DNA from: a virus | Lineage: Duplodnaviria; Caudoviricetes | Virus record (IMG/VR): IMGVR_UViG_3300022744_000033 | Coordinates: 1-56,030 of that record | Direction: 5' to 3' (one strand) | Length of the DNA: 56,030 nt | Part shown: positions 33,801 through 43,348 of the stretch, piece by piece | Position numbering within the stretch: position 1 is the first letter of the stretch | How the letters are laid out: the number at the start of each line of letters is the position of its first letter | Notes under the pieces: generated by a model | Database searches by the model: none | Told to the model about the DNA's origin: nothing | Seen by the model: the letters and a program-made list of their open reading frames with translations, nothing else | Translations under genes and position numbers: made by a program

Positions 33801-35404
33801 TGAAGCAGTCGGCCGCCGACGCTCGAAAGGCCGTGCTGGACGAGACGCGGAAGATGCGCGAGGGCATCAAGGGCGAGGTCAGCCTGATGAACGATGCGTT
33901 CGCGGGGCTGGACGCCAACATGGCCGACCGCAACAAGCCGCCCAGCAATCGTGGGCTGCTGAACGCTGCCGACGCGGGGATCAACGCGCTGCCCGCCGGC
34001 CTGAGCGAAGCCGAGAAAGCCGCGCTGCGCCAGCAGGCGATCGGCGGCGCGGCCGGAACCGACAAGGAAGCCCTGCGCCTCAAGAAAGAGCAGGACGCAC
34101 TGGTGGCCAGCGCCCGCAAGGACGTGGGGGCCTTGAGCCTGCGCGCCGCCAAGAAAGAGGCGACGGACCTGGACGCGGCGCTGGCGGCGGTTGACCAGCA
34201 GTACCTGAACCTGTTTGACAACATCGCCAAGATCGAGGCGTTCAACGTCGGCGAGGCGGCGCTGCTGCGCGCCCAGGCCGAGGCCGAGGTCGAGCGCGTC
34301 AAGGCCAGCATCCGGGCGGACTTCGAGTTAAAGGCGGCAGGTGAGCGCGTCAAGGCGCTGGAGGCCGAGCGCGACGCGCAGCTGGAGCTTCAGCGCATCC
34401 GTGCCGGTGATGACCCGGCCGCCCAGGCGCAACTGGTGCGCGACCAGGCCGCCACGGTCGCCGACTACACGGCGCGCATCGTGGAAGCCACCAGGGCCGA
34501 GGAAGCCCTGGCCATCGCCCAGGGCAACGTCCTGAAGGCTGCGGAGGCCCGCGCCCGCATCACCAAGCTGACCGCGGCCGACCCGGAGCGCGCCGCCAAG
34601 CAGGCGGAACTCAAGGCCCTGGACGTCGAGTTGCAGCGCCTGACCGCCGAGCGCGACGCCCGCGTGGCCGAGTCCGAGGCGCTGCGGCCCGGCCCGGGTA
34701 GTGACCAGGAGCGCCTGGACATCGCGGCGGCCTACAAGGACAAGCTGATCGAGACGGCCACGGCGGCGCGCGACCTGGCGCTGGCGCTGGGCGACGTCAC
34801 GAAGGCGGCGCAGTTGAACGCATTCATCGGCTCGCTGGACGTCGCCGGCCAGAAGATCGCCGAAACCAGCCGGTCGCTGCAACAGGACTTCGCCAGCGGG
34901 TTCGTCAACGCCATCGCCAGCGCCGACCAGTCGTTCGGGGACTTCGCCAAGTCGTTCGTGCGCAACATCCTCATCATGATCGCCCAGCAGCGGGTGCTCA
35001 ACGCCCTGCAGGGGTCAGCCGGCGCGCAGTCGCTGTTCAGCACCGTGGCCGGTGCGGCGGTGGGCACAAAGCACTCGGGCGGCATGGTGGGCGCGCGGGG
35101 CAGCAGCCGCACCGTCAGCCCCGGCCTGTTCGCCAACGCCGCGCGCTACCACGCGGGCGGCATCCCGGGCCTCAAGCCTGGCGAGGTGCCGGCGATCCTG
35201 ATGAACAACGAGGAAGTGCTGACCCGCAACGATCCGCGCCACGCCCTGAACGGCGGCAAGTCGGCCGGCGGCGGGGTCACCATCGTCAACACGATCGACC
35301 CGGGCGAGGTCGCCAGCGCCGGCCTGGGCACCACCATCGGCCAGCGGGCGCTCATCAACGCCATGACCCTCAACCGCACGACCATCAAGAAGGTGCTGGC
35401 ATGA
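30845..35404 (+). CDS. Tape measure protein
   Basis: 1519 aa, Ala-rich and helical; KGKVQAEELRGQIADRLPGA tape-measure motif; C-terminal YHAGG...EVPAIL..NEEVLT. Confidence 0.92.
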   Translation: MATSENSVDLVIRAKDLTSKTLDELQATLGRLTGGLDALEAAGGPATRTFRELSIAAEDFKKVANELTARRGLAEQFMEAGKAATQAREGVDAAKAAIKQFQDTLEAGKRKTDDQKAALAALNATLKEQERLLKSAITAENAAKRGAELRGISIQELVDGYDALVQAEKRADDAAVQAEANMRRRDEAVRAAAAKRKADEEAEAIRRKALAEQEASIARDVLAIKERLAAADAAVSAQQARTAQERAAEQSRLAALEKQRETALAQRQKEADIQKRVQEGLRELAADAERAAAATQQVSTAGVKPEPVRKLAEEMRGLVDPASKAVQSLTAVEDTLRQVDALQAKAAKGASLGADETRALATGYRFLGDAIKSVQGQAALVDSFAQAQAEAVRLEAELAAVRTRLLDLAQAARTAEAEDAGLQRSIRESSAEALRLTKALETTQGTVQRYGRQLADAGIDTGKLNAEQERLLATASRLKASYDAASDAQTTLGRTVAKANAEQKNGFELQRTSLSLYQRIRGQILSLTAAYVGLFGVLSEAKAVLDTAQANQRLTTQLGVAFGNDPKVVAQEMDFVRASAERLGVDLKAVGAAYGRFAISATSAGLSIADTRQIFESFATTTRVFGLSADDTAGVFRALEQSLGKGKVQAEELRGQIADRLPGAVTTFARALDIPVDQLDKLFEKGAIKAPAAIKLFADEYRKSIAGQVVPASARFDAELGRLQTSLFNFRTIVADSGFLESMTRLAKSLTEFLKSAEGQQLARDLGAAFTLLGDAAGYVAQAVRGMLDGFRTVGSALASVRDLVTGVTGPMGDALGITVDWNAAMRGLGVAIAFVVTGLAVAKIAAWADAAVVAATATEGLAISFASLGAAIKTVLLPVLAALVGFKVGEWLYDQSLMVRKAGAAIVSGIAIAIEAVKGAANIVVAGVKLLVLEGFASLVSAVTDRMQSLGKVLAAAARFLGLEDMAAKIEAGLGQFGAGLEDSLKQSAADARKAVLDETRKMREGIKGEVSLMNDAFAGLDANMADRNKPPSNRGLLNAADAGINALPAGLSEAEKAALRQQAIGGAAGTDKEALRLKKEQDALVASARKDVGALSLRAAKKEATDLDAALAAVDQQYLNLFDNIAKIEAFNVGEAALLRAQAEAEVERVKASIRADFELKAAGERVKALEAERDAQLELQRIRAGDDPAAQAQLVRDQAATVADYTARIVEATRAEEALAIAQGNVLKAAEARARITKLTAADPERAAKQAELKALDVELQRLTAERDARVAESEALRPGPGSDQERLDIAAAYKDKLIETATAARDLALALGDVTKAAQLNAFIGSLDVAGQKIAETSRSLQQDFASGFVNAIASADQSFGDFAKSFVRNILIMIAQQRVLNALQGSAGAQSLFSTVAGAAVGTKHSGGMVGARGSSRTVSPGLFANAARYHAGGIPGLKPGEVPAILMNNEEVLTRNDPRHALNGGKSAGGGVTIVNTIDPGEVASAGLGTTIGQRALINAMTLNRTTIKKVLA

Positions 35405-37032
35405 CGCCATTCAAGCCGTGGGAGGACGTGCCGGACGCCGAGCACGTCGCGCTGGTCCTGCCGTTCGAGCCGGACTGGTCCGTGCCGGTGGTCGAGCGCC
35501 TGGGCTGGAAGATGGGCGCGCACACCAGCCAGGCCGGCGTGGAGCATCGCCGCAACCTGCGCCGCGAGCCGCGCCAGGCCATCGAGTTCAACACGCTCGT
35601 GACCGGCACTGATGTGCCGCTGCTTCGCAACGTGGTCGAGGCGTGGGGCGCGCGCACGTTCGCCGTGCCCTTGTGGTACGGGGTGACGCGCTTGTCGGCG
35701 GATGCCGCCTCGGGCGCGCTGGAGGTCGAGACGCTGGACAGCCTGGAGACGCTGGCCCAGGTCGACGGCTGGGTCATCTTGTGGGCCGGCACGCGCGACT
35801 TCGAGGTCATGCAGGTGTCCGACGTCGGCTCGGACTTCATCGGCTTCTACGACCCCCTGCCGGCGGCGTTCGCGGCGGGCGTGCGCATCGCACCCCTGCA
35901 GTTCATGCAACTGCAGGCCAACCAGTCGCTGCCGTCGCCCACACCCACCGTGCTCACCGTGGCCTGGGTGTTTGAGCAGGTGCCGGGCTACGCGCCGACC
36001 CTGGAACGCTACGACCCGACCGTGTGGACCGATGTGTTCCCGACCGGGGTACCCGCCGACGACCCGCGCAACCACTTCCTGACCTTCGCCCACAACTGGG
36101 CCGGCCAGCCCGACGTGTCGGTCAGCACCCAGGCGGACGTGTTCGACCCGGGCGTGGGTGTGCTGTCGCGCCGGCTGTCGGTCGATCGCACGTCGCCGCA
36201 GTGGTCGCTGGACGTGTTGCTGGACGATCGCGCCAAGACTGCCCAGTTGCGTCAGTTCCTGTCCGCGCACCGTGGCCCAGCTGTCTCGTTCTGGGCCGCC
36301 AGCCCGCTGCGCGACCTGGGGCTGGCCGAGGACATCGCCGGGGCGGATCTGGTGCTGGAGAACAACGGCCAGCACCTCGCGCCGCCGGTCCTGCGCATGG
36401 GTGTCCACATCACCCACGTCGGCGGGGAGGTGCGCGAGTCGGCCAGCGCCATCACCGGGACCGGGGTCACCCTGCGCAACGACCCGGGGCCGATCGCGCT
36501 GGCCGACGTGTGGCGGCAGTCGTGGGTGTCCCGCTGCCGGCTGGCCATCGAGACGGTCAGCATCTCGCACCTGACGAACCGGGTTGCCCAGGTGCGCCTG
36601 CCGGTCATGGCGGTTGACGTGGGCAGCGGGAGCCAGGACGTGCCGACCAGCGGCACCGTGGCGGGAGGTACTGGTGGGGGCCTGCCGACCCTGCAGTGGG
36701 CCAACAGCGCGTTTACCCGCGTGGTGGGCGTCGAGGCCGTGGCCAGCGCCACGCTCACGCTGTCGGCCGCGCTGGCGGGCGATCTGGTGGCCACGATCAC
36801 GGCGACCACGGCCAACGGCGGGTTCCCGAGCGTGACGGCCTCCTGGAACGTGACGATCCCGGCCGGCGACACGTCGCTGGTGGTGACGATCCCGGTGGCC
36901 GTTGACACGGGCGGCGTGGATCTGCGGGCCGGCATGGGCATCGTCGGGTCCGTCTACACTCTGACGGTCGCCGAGTCGAGCGCGCTGGCCGCGCTGGGCA
37001 CCCCCTCAACCTGCACGATCACGTCGGTCTAA
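35401..37032 (+). CDS. Distal tail/tail-tip protein with a C-terminal Ig-like extension
   Basis: Follows the TMP; PDWS..V.ERL.W pattern occurs twice; Thr/Val-rich beta C-terminus. Confidence 0.65.
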   Translation: MTPFKPWEDVPDAEHVALVLPFEPDWSVPVVERLGWKMGAHTSQAGVEHRRNLRREPRQAIEFNTLVTGTDVPLLRNVVEAWGARTFAVPLWYGVTRLSADAASGALEVETLDSLETLAQVDGWVILWAGTRDFEVMQVSDVGSDFIGFYDPLPAAFAAGVRIAPLQFMQLQANQSLPSPTPTVLTVAWVFEQVPGYAPTLERYDPTVWTDVFPTGVPADDPRNHFLTFAHNWAGQPDVSVSTQADVFDPGVGVLSRRLSVDRTSPQWSLDVLLDDRAKTAQLRQFLSAHRGPAVSFWAASPLRDLGLAEDIAGADLVLENNGQHLAPPVLRMGVHITHVGGEVRESASAITGTGVTLRNDPGPIALADVWRQSWVSRCRLAIETVSISHLTNRVAQVRLPVMAVDVGSGSQDVPTSGTVAGGTGGGLPTLQWANSAFTRVVGVEAVASATLTLSAALAGDLVATITATTANGGFPSVTASWNVTIPAGDTSLVVTIPVAVDTGGVDLRAGMGIVGSVYTLTVAESSALAALGTPSTCTITSV

Positions 37033-38561
37033 TGGACGCATCCAAAGTCGTCGCCCACGCCATCCTGGGCTCCAGCACCGACCAGGTGCAGGCGTCCGGC
37101 GTGTCGGCCTTCGCGGTCCTGGGCTCCAGCGCGGCGCGGGCCGAGGCCAGCAAGGTGGTCGCCTTCGCGGTGCTGGAGCCGCCCGTCGTCGTCCCGCCGC
37201 CGACCATCATTGACCCCGCCGACTGGGTTGACGGCGACGACCCGGTGGAGCTTTACACCTTCACCGTGCCAGACACGACACTGGTGTGGCGCTACTGCAC
37301 CGACTCGGCCCCCTATGTGTTCCAAGGCCTGACGTTCATCCCCGAGGCCATCACGCGCTCCGAGGTGACCCGCACCATCGGGGAACTGTCGTCGGACGTG
37401 ACGGTCGAGGCCGGGGACACGAACCCCTTCGCGCTGCAAATGCTGGCGGGCCTGAGCGCCCGCCCGGTCGACGTGCTGATTCAGCGCGTGCAGCGCGGCG
37501 CGACGTCGGCAGACACCGTGTTCACCGGCAAGGCCACCAGCGTGAGCCTGGACGGCCCCAAGGCGGCCATCAACTGCGTGCCTCGCGGCGCGGTGGCCAG
37601 CAAGCGCAAGATCCCGTGGCTGACCTATCAGTCGGGCTGCAACTGGCAGTTGTTCAGCGCCGGCTGCACGCTCAATCGGGACTCGTTCCTGCTGGGGCCG
37701 TACACCCTGGCCGCCAGCGCGTTCGTCGGGTCGGTCATGACGATCACGGGCGACCACGAGAACGGCGACCTGAGCAACGGCTACGTGGAGCGCGTGGCCG
37801 ATGGCGACCGCCGGTTCATTGAGCAGAACGTCGGCGGGGCGTTGACCCTGCAAGGGGCGTTCCAGAACATTGTGGACGGCGAGCAGTGGAAGGTGTACCC
37901 GGGATGCCGGCGCACCGAGGCCGACTGCGCGGGTCGGTACAACAACCTCGTCCACTTCCTGGGCTGGGAGCGCCTGCCGGCGGTCAACCCGTTCAACCGC
38001 AGCGCCTTCTACCTGGCGGGTCCGACGCCGACCGCGCCGCCGTCCGGCACGACCTACGACCTGGGCGGCGGGTATCTCCTGACGCTTTCGCCGCAGAAGG
38101 TGCGGGTGACGGTCCCGGGTAGTTACGGCGGAACGGTCATCAGTACCCGTCCCATCAGCGCAAGCACTTCCGGCGTGCTTTCGGTCGGCATCGCGTTCCC
38201 CGGGCGCTACATCAGCCCGAACCCGTGCCCGCCGGCTGTCGTGTCGGACCTTGACATCTGGTTTGATTCAACTGGTGTCGCCTCGGATGCAAACCCTCGG
38301 GTGGTACTCGGCGCAGGGTGGAATACTTGGCTTCCGCTGACGTCTAATCAGGCGGCCTCAATGGACGTTTGGGCGTCAGAAATCATGAACCCGAACGGTG
38401 GGGCGATGGCCAGCATTTACACAATTCGGACGGTCCACATTCGCGTTCGCCGCCGCAGCACGGGCTTGGTGCTGGCGGAAGGTGACATGAGCGTGGGCTT
38501 CACCGCAAGCGTTGGCACCCGCAGTGGCTACGCAAGCGGTGGCCCTCCCCCAGGCTGGTGA
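37032..38561 (+). CDS. Tail tip/hub protein (BR0599/DUF2163-like) with extra N- and C-terminal domains
   Basis: PVELYTF, CNWQLFSAGC, and YPGCRRT..DC..RYNN..HF.G Cys motifs. Confidence 0.75.
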   Translation: MDASKVVAHAILGSSTDQVQASGVSAFAVLGSSAARAEASKVVAFAVLEPPVVVPPPTIIDPADWVDGDDPVELYTFTVPDTTLVWRYCTDSAPYVFQGLTFIPEAITRSEVTRTIGELSSDVTVEAGDTNPFALQMLAGLSARPVDVLIQRVQRGATSADTVFTGKATSVSLDGPKAAINCVPRGAVASKRKIPWLTYQSGCNWQLFSAGCTLNRDSFLLGPYTLAASAFVGSVMTITGDHENGDLSNGYVERVADGDRRFIEQNVGGALTLQGAFQNIVDGEQWKVYPGCRRTEADCAGRYNNLVHFLGWERLPAVNPFNRSAFYLAGPTPTAPPSGTTYDLGGGYLLTLSPQKVRVTVPGSYGGTVISTRPISASTSGVLSVGIAFPGRYISPNPCPPAVVSDLDIWFDSTGVASDANPRVVLGAGWNTWLPLTSNQAASMDVWASEIMNPNGGAMASIYTIRTVHIRVRRRSTGLVLAEGDMSVGFTASVGTRSGYASGGPPPGW

Positions 38562-38565
38562 CACC

Positions 38566-40953
38566 ATGAACTTCCTCATTCAACTGGCCTGGGCCGTCTT
38601 CTTTGCCTACGCGAGCCGCGTCTTCGCGCCCAGCCGCACGGGCGAGGACGCCAAGGCCGCCACGCTGGCCGAGGTCGACGCGCCGAACATCAGCGAAGGC
38701 AGTACCGTGCCGGTGTTCGTGGGCACGGTCAAGCTCGACGGGCAGAACGTGTCCTGGTTCGGTGGGCTATCGGCCAACGCCATCACCCAGCAGGGGGTGG
38801 TGACCGGTTACCGATACAACCTGACCGTGCAGCTGACTTTTGCGTTCGGCCCGATCGACGGCATCAAGGAAATCCGCTTCGAGGACAACGTGGTCGCCTA
38901 CACGGCGACCGAGACGATCGACTACTGGGATCTGGCGATCAACGCCCCGGGCCTGTTCGGCGGAGACCAGCAGGAGGGCGGCGTTGCCGGCACGATGCGC
39001 CTCTACAAAGGCACGACGACGCAGACGCGCGACATCGAGGTCAACACGCTGATCGGGGCCGAGACGCCCTCGTTCCGGCGTGTGTGCTACGCCGTGGCCC
39101 GGAATTTCTACTGGGGAACCAGCCCGCGCTTGAAGCCCTTCGCGCCCGTGCTGCAGCGGTGGCCGAACACGCTCGGGCTGACCGGCGACGCGCACCGCAT
39201 CGGCACGGACGACGCGAACCCGATCGCCTTCCTGTACGAGTGCATGACGGACCCGATCTGGGGTGCCGGCGAGCCGTCCAGCCGCTTTGATCTGGCCTCG
39301 TGGCGGGCCGCCGCCGTGCAAGTCAAGGACGAGGGCCTGGGCATCAGCTTGCGCCTCTCCAGCGCCGACACCCTGGATTCGGTCGTGGCCTCGCTGCTGA
39401 AGTATGTGGACGGCACGGTCTACGAAGACCCGGCGACCGGCCTGTACACGCTGGTGCTGATCCGCGACGTGGGTGAGCCCGCGCTGGTGCTGGACAAGCA
39501 GGTGCTGTCCAAGGCGGCGGTCAGCCGCATCAGCTGGACCGAGTTGCGCAACACGGTCAAGGTGACCTACACCGATCGGTCGCGCAACTACGAAACCGGC
39601 GCGATCCAGGCCCAGCAGTCGGCGGCGCTGGCCAGCGTGGGCAACGTGGCGGATCTGGAATCGGTGGACCTGCCTGGGTTCATGAGCCCGGAGCCCGCCG
39701 TGTTCGCCGCGACGCGCCTGCTGCGCACGGTCAGCTACCCGCTGTCCAAGGTGTCCCTGGGGGGCACTGCGGCCGAGTTGTCCGTGCTGCGGCCTGGGAT
39801 GGCCTTCCGCCTGGAATGGGAGCGCCCGACCCTGAGCGCGGTCTACCGCGCGACGAAGGTGAACTACGGCACCCTGGAGTCGCCGGTCGTCACGGTTGAG
39901 GCCCTGGAGGACGTGTTCAGCACCGACAGCAACACCTTCACCGTGCCGCCGGCCTCGGGCTGGTCCGGCGCGGGCGTCGAGGCCCGGCAGGTGACCGAGG
40001 CACTGCTGGTCGAGCAGCCCTACCATTGGACCCGGGCCGAGACGCGCGACCTGATCTATGGGGTCGTCGCGCCCAACAGCGGGCACGTCACCTACAAGGT
40101 GGTCACGGACGGCTCCTATGCCGACACGACGCCCTACCCGTTCGCCGCGGTGGCCGTGCTCAACACGGCGCTGGCGCAGTGGACGGGCGCGTCCGAGGTT
40201 GACCTGACGCTGACCGTGGCGAATCTACCGTCGACCCTGGCGAGCCCGAACGCGGCGCAGTACGACGCCGGCCAGGCGCTGCTGCAGATCGACGGTGAAC
40301 TGCTGGCCTACCGCACGCTGACCCGCAACCCGGACGGCACCGTGACGTTCGGCCAGTGCGCGCGGGGCTCGCTGGACACCGTGCCGGCGGCCCACGTCGC
40401 GGGCGCTCGCGTGTGGGTCATCACCAGCATCTACACGCGGCCGGCGCTGGCGCTGGCAACCGACACGACGGTGGCAATGGGCGCGCTGACCAGCACGCTG
40501 TCGGACGCCCAGGTGGCCGGCGAGGAAGCCGTCACCACGATCACCACGGCCAGCCGCGCGCACAAGCCGATCGCCCCGGGCGCGTTCCAGATCAACGGGC
40601 AGTTCTACCCGGCCGAGGCCGAGTCCGAGCCGGTGCTGACCTGGACCACCCGCACGCGCGCCGCCACCCAGGTTGTCCTGCAGGATGCGGCCGACCAGGG
40701 CGCGGAGGCCAGCACCGCCTACCACGTCACGGTCACGGGTGACACCACCCACACGCACACCACCTCGTCGCAGACCCACACCCTCCCGGGCACGGTCTAC
40801 GGCAATGTCCGCGTGCAGGTGGCCGCCAGCCGGACGGGGCACGACTCGTTCCAGGCCCAATTCTGCGACCTGTACATCCACCCGCCCGCGCTCGCCCTAG
40901 AATCCGGCGACCGGCTCCTGCTTGAGACGGGCGTTCGCCTGGCCCTGGAGTGA
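38566..40953 (+). CDS. Tail tip/central tail protein
   Basis: VPVFVGT, GY.Y, DANPI..LYE..T...WG, DG.VY.DP.TG, N.VKV.YTDR, RG.LDT.P..H motifs. Confidence 0.8.
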   Translation: MNFLIQLAWAVFFAYASRVFAPSRTGEDAKAATLAEVDAPNISEGSTVPVFVGTVKLDGQNVSWFGGLSANAITQQGVVTGYRYNLTVQLTFAFGPIDGIKEIRFEDNVVAYTATETIDYWDLAINAPGLFGGDQQEGGVAGTMRLYKGTTTQTRDIEVNTLIGAETPSFRRVCYAVARNFYWGTSPRLKPFAPVLQRWPNTLGLTGDAHRIGTDDANPIAFLYECMTDPIWGAGEPSSRFDLASWRAAAVQVKDEGLGISLRLSSADTLDSVVASLLKYVDGTVYEDPATGLYTLVLIRDVGEPALVLDKQVLSKAAVSRISWTELRNTVKVTYTDRSRNYETGAIQAQQSAALASVGNVADLESVDLPGFMSPEPAVFAATRLLRTVSYPLSKVSLGGTAAELSVLRPGMAFRLEWERPTLSAVYRATKVNYGTLESPVVTVEALEDVFSTDSNTFTVPPASGWSGAGVEARQVTEALLVEQPYHWTRAETRDLIYGVVAPNSGHVTYKVVTDGSYADTTPYPFAAVAVLNTALAQWTGASEVDLTLTVANLPSTLASPNAAQYDAGQALLQIDGELLAYRTLTRNPDGTVTFGQCARGSLDTVPAAHVAGARVWVITSIYTRPALALATDTTVAMGALTSTLSDAQVAGEEAVTTITTASRAHKPIAPGAFQINGQFYPAEAESEPVLTWTTRTRAATQVVLQDAADQGAEASTAYHVTVTGDTTHTHTTSSQTHTLPGTVYGNVRVQVAASRTGHDSFQAQFCDLYIHPPALALESGDRLLLETGVRLALE

Positions 40954-40959
40954 CCCACG

Positions 40960-41754
40960 ATGGCTGACCTGAAACTCTCCGAACTGACCGATGCTGGCAT
41001 CGCGCTAGACGGCACCGCGCTCGTCTACGTGGTGGCCGGCGGCGTGAGCCATCAGACCACCGTGGCGGACCTTCTGGCGCTGGCCACGACATCCGTGGCG
41101 CTGGGCTACACGGCCAGCCCGACCGGTGGCACCGTCACGAACGACGCGGGTGCTGACGCCGTGCTGACGCTGGCGGATGGTACGAACGCAGGCCTGATGG
41201 CCCCAGCGCAGCACACCAAGCTGGCAGGCATCGCCACGGGGGCCACGGCCAACAGCAGCGACGCGACCCTGCTGGCGCGGGCGAACCACACCGGCACGCA
41301 AGCGGCGAGCACCATCAGCGACTTCTCCGAGGCCGTGGACGACCGCGTGGCGACGCTTCTGGTGGCCGGCGCGGGTATTGGGCTGACCTACGACGATGCG
41401 AGCAACACGCTCACCATCAGCCGCACCGTGGCCGCCCCCGTGACGGTCACCTACGGCGCAAGCACGACCATCGACGTGACGGGACAGTCGGACAGCCGCC
41501 TGCACCGCATGACGCTCACCGGCAACCTGACGCTCAACTTCACGGGCGCGGCGGACGGCCAGAAGGTGCTGGTGGAGTTGACCCAGGACGGCACCGGCTC
41601 GCGCACCGTCACCCTGGGCACGTCGGTCAGCTACGGCACCGACATCACATCGTTTACCGCAACCACGACGGCCGGCGCAACCGACGTCCTCGGATTCATC
41701 TACAACTCTGCGGCCGGCAAATACCGTCTGGTCGCTGTGGCTAAGGGGTATTGA
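40960..41754 (+). CDS. Tail fiber-associated protein
   Basis: KLSEL N-terminus; KLAGIATGAT and RANHTGTQ fiber-type motifs; LTQDGTGSRTVT C-terminal domain. Confidence 0.7.
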   Translation: MADLKLSELTDAGIALDGTALVYVVAGGVSHQTTVADLLALATTSVALGYTASPTGGTVTNDAGADAVLTLADGTNAGLMAPAQHTKLAGIATGATANSSDATLLARANHTGTQAASTISDFSEAVDDRVATLLVAGAGIGLTYDDASNTLTISRTVAAPVTVTYGASTTIDVTGQSDSRLHRMTLTGNLTLNFTGAADGQKVLVELTQDGTGSRTVTLGTSVSYGTDITSFTATTTAGATDVLGFIYNSAAGKYRLVAVAKGY

Positions 41755-41755
41755 C

Positions 41756-42757
41756 ATGGGCATCCTGTTTGCAGGCGGCGAGGATATTTGCTTCACGACG
41801 GTGGGAACAACGTCCGTCGATACCGCCACCACGGCGGCGCGGCGCACGGGGTTCGCGCGGTGTGCGCTGGTGGCCGGTGCAAGTGTGCAAACCCCGCAGT
41901 CGGACGGCTGGCGAGGAAGTTTCTCGGCGGCGTCCGCCTTTTGGTTTACCGCGCGGATGTACTCCAGCACCACGGCGGCCAGCGGGATCGGATGGATGCT
42001 CCAGTTTCTGGACGGTGCAACGATTCGTCTTCGTTTTAAACCCGCTTCGGCTGGTTCGGCAATTTCATTGTACAAAGTGAATTCCGCTGGAACTGAGACC
42101 CTACTCGGAACTTCGTCATGGACTCCGAGTAGTAGCACGCTGTCCAAAATTGACGTTCAAATTACCTACGGAACTTCGGGAAACGTCAAGCTCTACAACA
42201 ACGGAACCCTCATGCTGGATTACTCGGGCGACGTCACGACTGACAGCGCGACGACCTTGAGCGGCATTCATCTCGGGTCGTATAGTGGGAACGGGCGGGC
42301 GTGCATGTGGTCCGAGCCCATCGTCCACACCGACGACACCCGCAGCATGACCCTGGCCACGATGGAACCGAGCGCCAACGGCAACGCCTTCACGTTCGAC
42401 AGCGGCAGCTACACCGACGTCAACGAGACGACGAACAGCGACGCGACGATCATCAGCAGCGCGACGGCCAACCAGGTCGCCCAGTTCGCCGTGACGAACA
42501 CGCGCATCACCGGGAACCCTTCCGTCAAGGGCCTGGCCGTGTGGGCACGGGCGCAGCGTGGCGGCACCGGCCCGCAGAACATGCAGATCGGCGTGCGCAC
42601 GGCCAGCGCCGACCACTGGAGCGCGAACAAGTCCCTGGTCGCATCCATGCAGCCGGTGGTGAACAACTTTGACGTGAACCCGGGCACGTCCGGCGCGTGG
42701 GGCTATACCGACCTGACCGCCGCTGGCTTCAACGTCGGCGTCAAGTCGATCACCTGA
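41756..42757 (+). CDS. Putative virion/receptor-binding protein
   Basis: Ser/Thr/Gly-rich beta protein after the fiber gene; N-terminal half has atypical AT-richer codons. Confidence 0.6.
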   Translation: MGILFAGGEDICFTTVGTTSVDTATTAARRTGFARCALVAGASVQTPQSDGWRGSFSAASAFWFTARMYSSTTAASGIGWMLQFLDGATIRLRFKPASAGSAISLYKVNSAGTETLLGTSSWTPSSSTLSKIDVQITYGTSGNVKLYNNGTLMLDYSGDVTTDSATTLSGIHLGSYSGNGRACMWSEPIVHTDDTRSMTLATMEPSANGNAFTFDSGSYTDVNETTNSDATIISSATANQVAQFAVTNTRITGNPSVKGLAVWARAQRGGTGPQNMQIGVRTASADHWSANKSLVASMQPVVNNFDVNPGTSGAWGYTDLTAAGFNVGVKSIT

Positions 42758-42758
42758 C

Positions 42759-42956
42759 ATGGACGCCGCCAAGGTCGTAGCCCACGCGGTGCTGGGCTCA
42801 AGCACGGATCGGGTCGAGGCCACCAAGGTCGTGACCTTTGCCGTGCTGGGCACTGCCAGCACCACGATGGACGCCGGTAAGGTGGTCGCCTTCGCCGTGC
42901 TGGAGCCTGGAGTCGCCACGCCTTCTGGCCAGCATCGGATGCTCGCCCTGTTTTAA
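42759..42956 (+). CDS. Small triple-repeat protein homologous to the N-terminus of 37032-38561
   Basis: KVVAHAVLG / KVVTFAVLG / KVVAFAVLEP repeats. Confidence 0.6.
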   Translation: MDAAKVVAHAVLGSSTDRVEATKVVTFAVLGTASTTMDAGKVVAFAVLEPGVATPSGQHRMLALF

Positions 42957-43054
42957 GGCAATCCCCTGGTTGCGGGGGTACGATCATCCCGGTACAGACC
43001 GGCTGGGAGCGCCAAATGGGTCACAATCTGGCAATTCTCGCAGTGGGGCGGTTC

Positions 43055-43348
43055 ATGGGTTCTGACACGGGCTGGGGCGATCTGGACCCCGATGTGGTGC
43101 GCAAGGCGATCCGGGATGAGGGCGTGGCCGTCATCAAGGCGGTCGTATCCGACAAGGAAGTCATGCGCGCCTTCTGGTCCGCCGGCATCGAGGCTGCTCA
43201 GGACCACGCGCAGCGCAAGGCCGGTGCCTGGCTGTTCGACGGCGTGGGCGTGGTCTTCAAGCGCGTCACCCTGTGGGCCGCCATCTGCGCGGTCATCTAC
43301 TTCACCGGAGGCTGGTCGGCCCTGAAGGCTTGGCTAGCGTTCAAGTGA
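43055..43348 (+). CDS. Membrane protein with a C-terminal TM helix
   Basis: Hydrophobic VTLWAAICAVIYFTGGW segment; coupled to the next gene. Confidence 0.55.
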   Translation: MGSDTGWGDLDPDVVRKAIRDEGVAVIKAVVSDKEVMRAFWSAGIEAAQDHAQRKAGAWLFDGVGVVFKRVTLWAAICAVIYFTGGWSALKAWLAFK

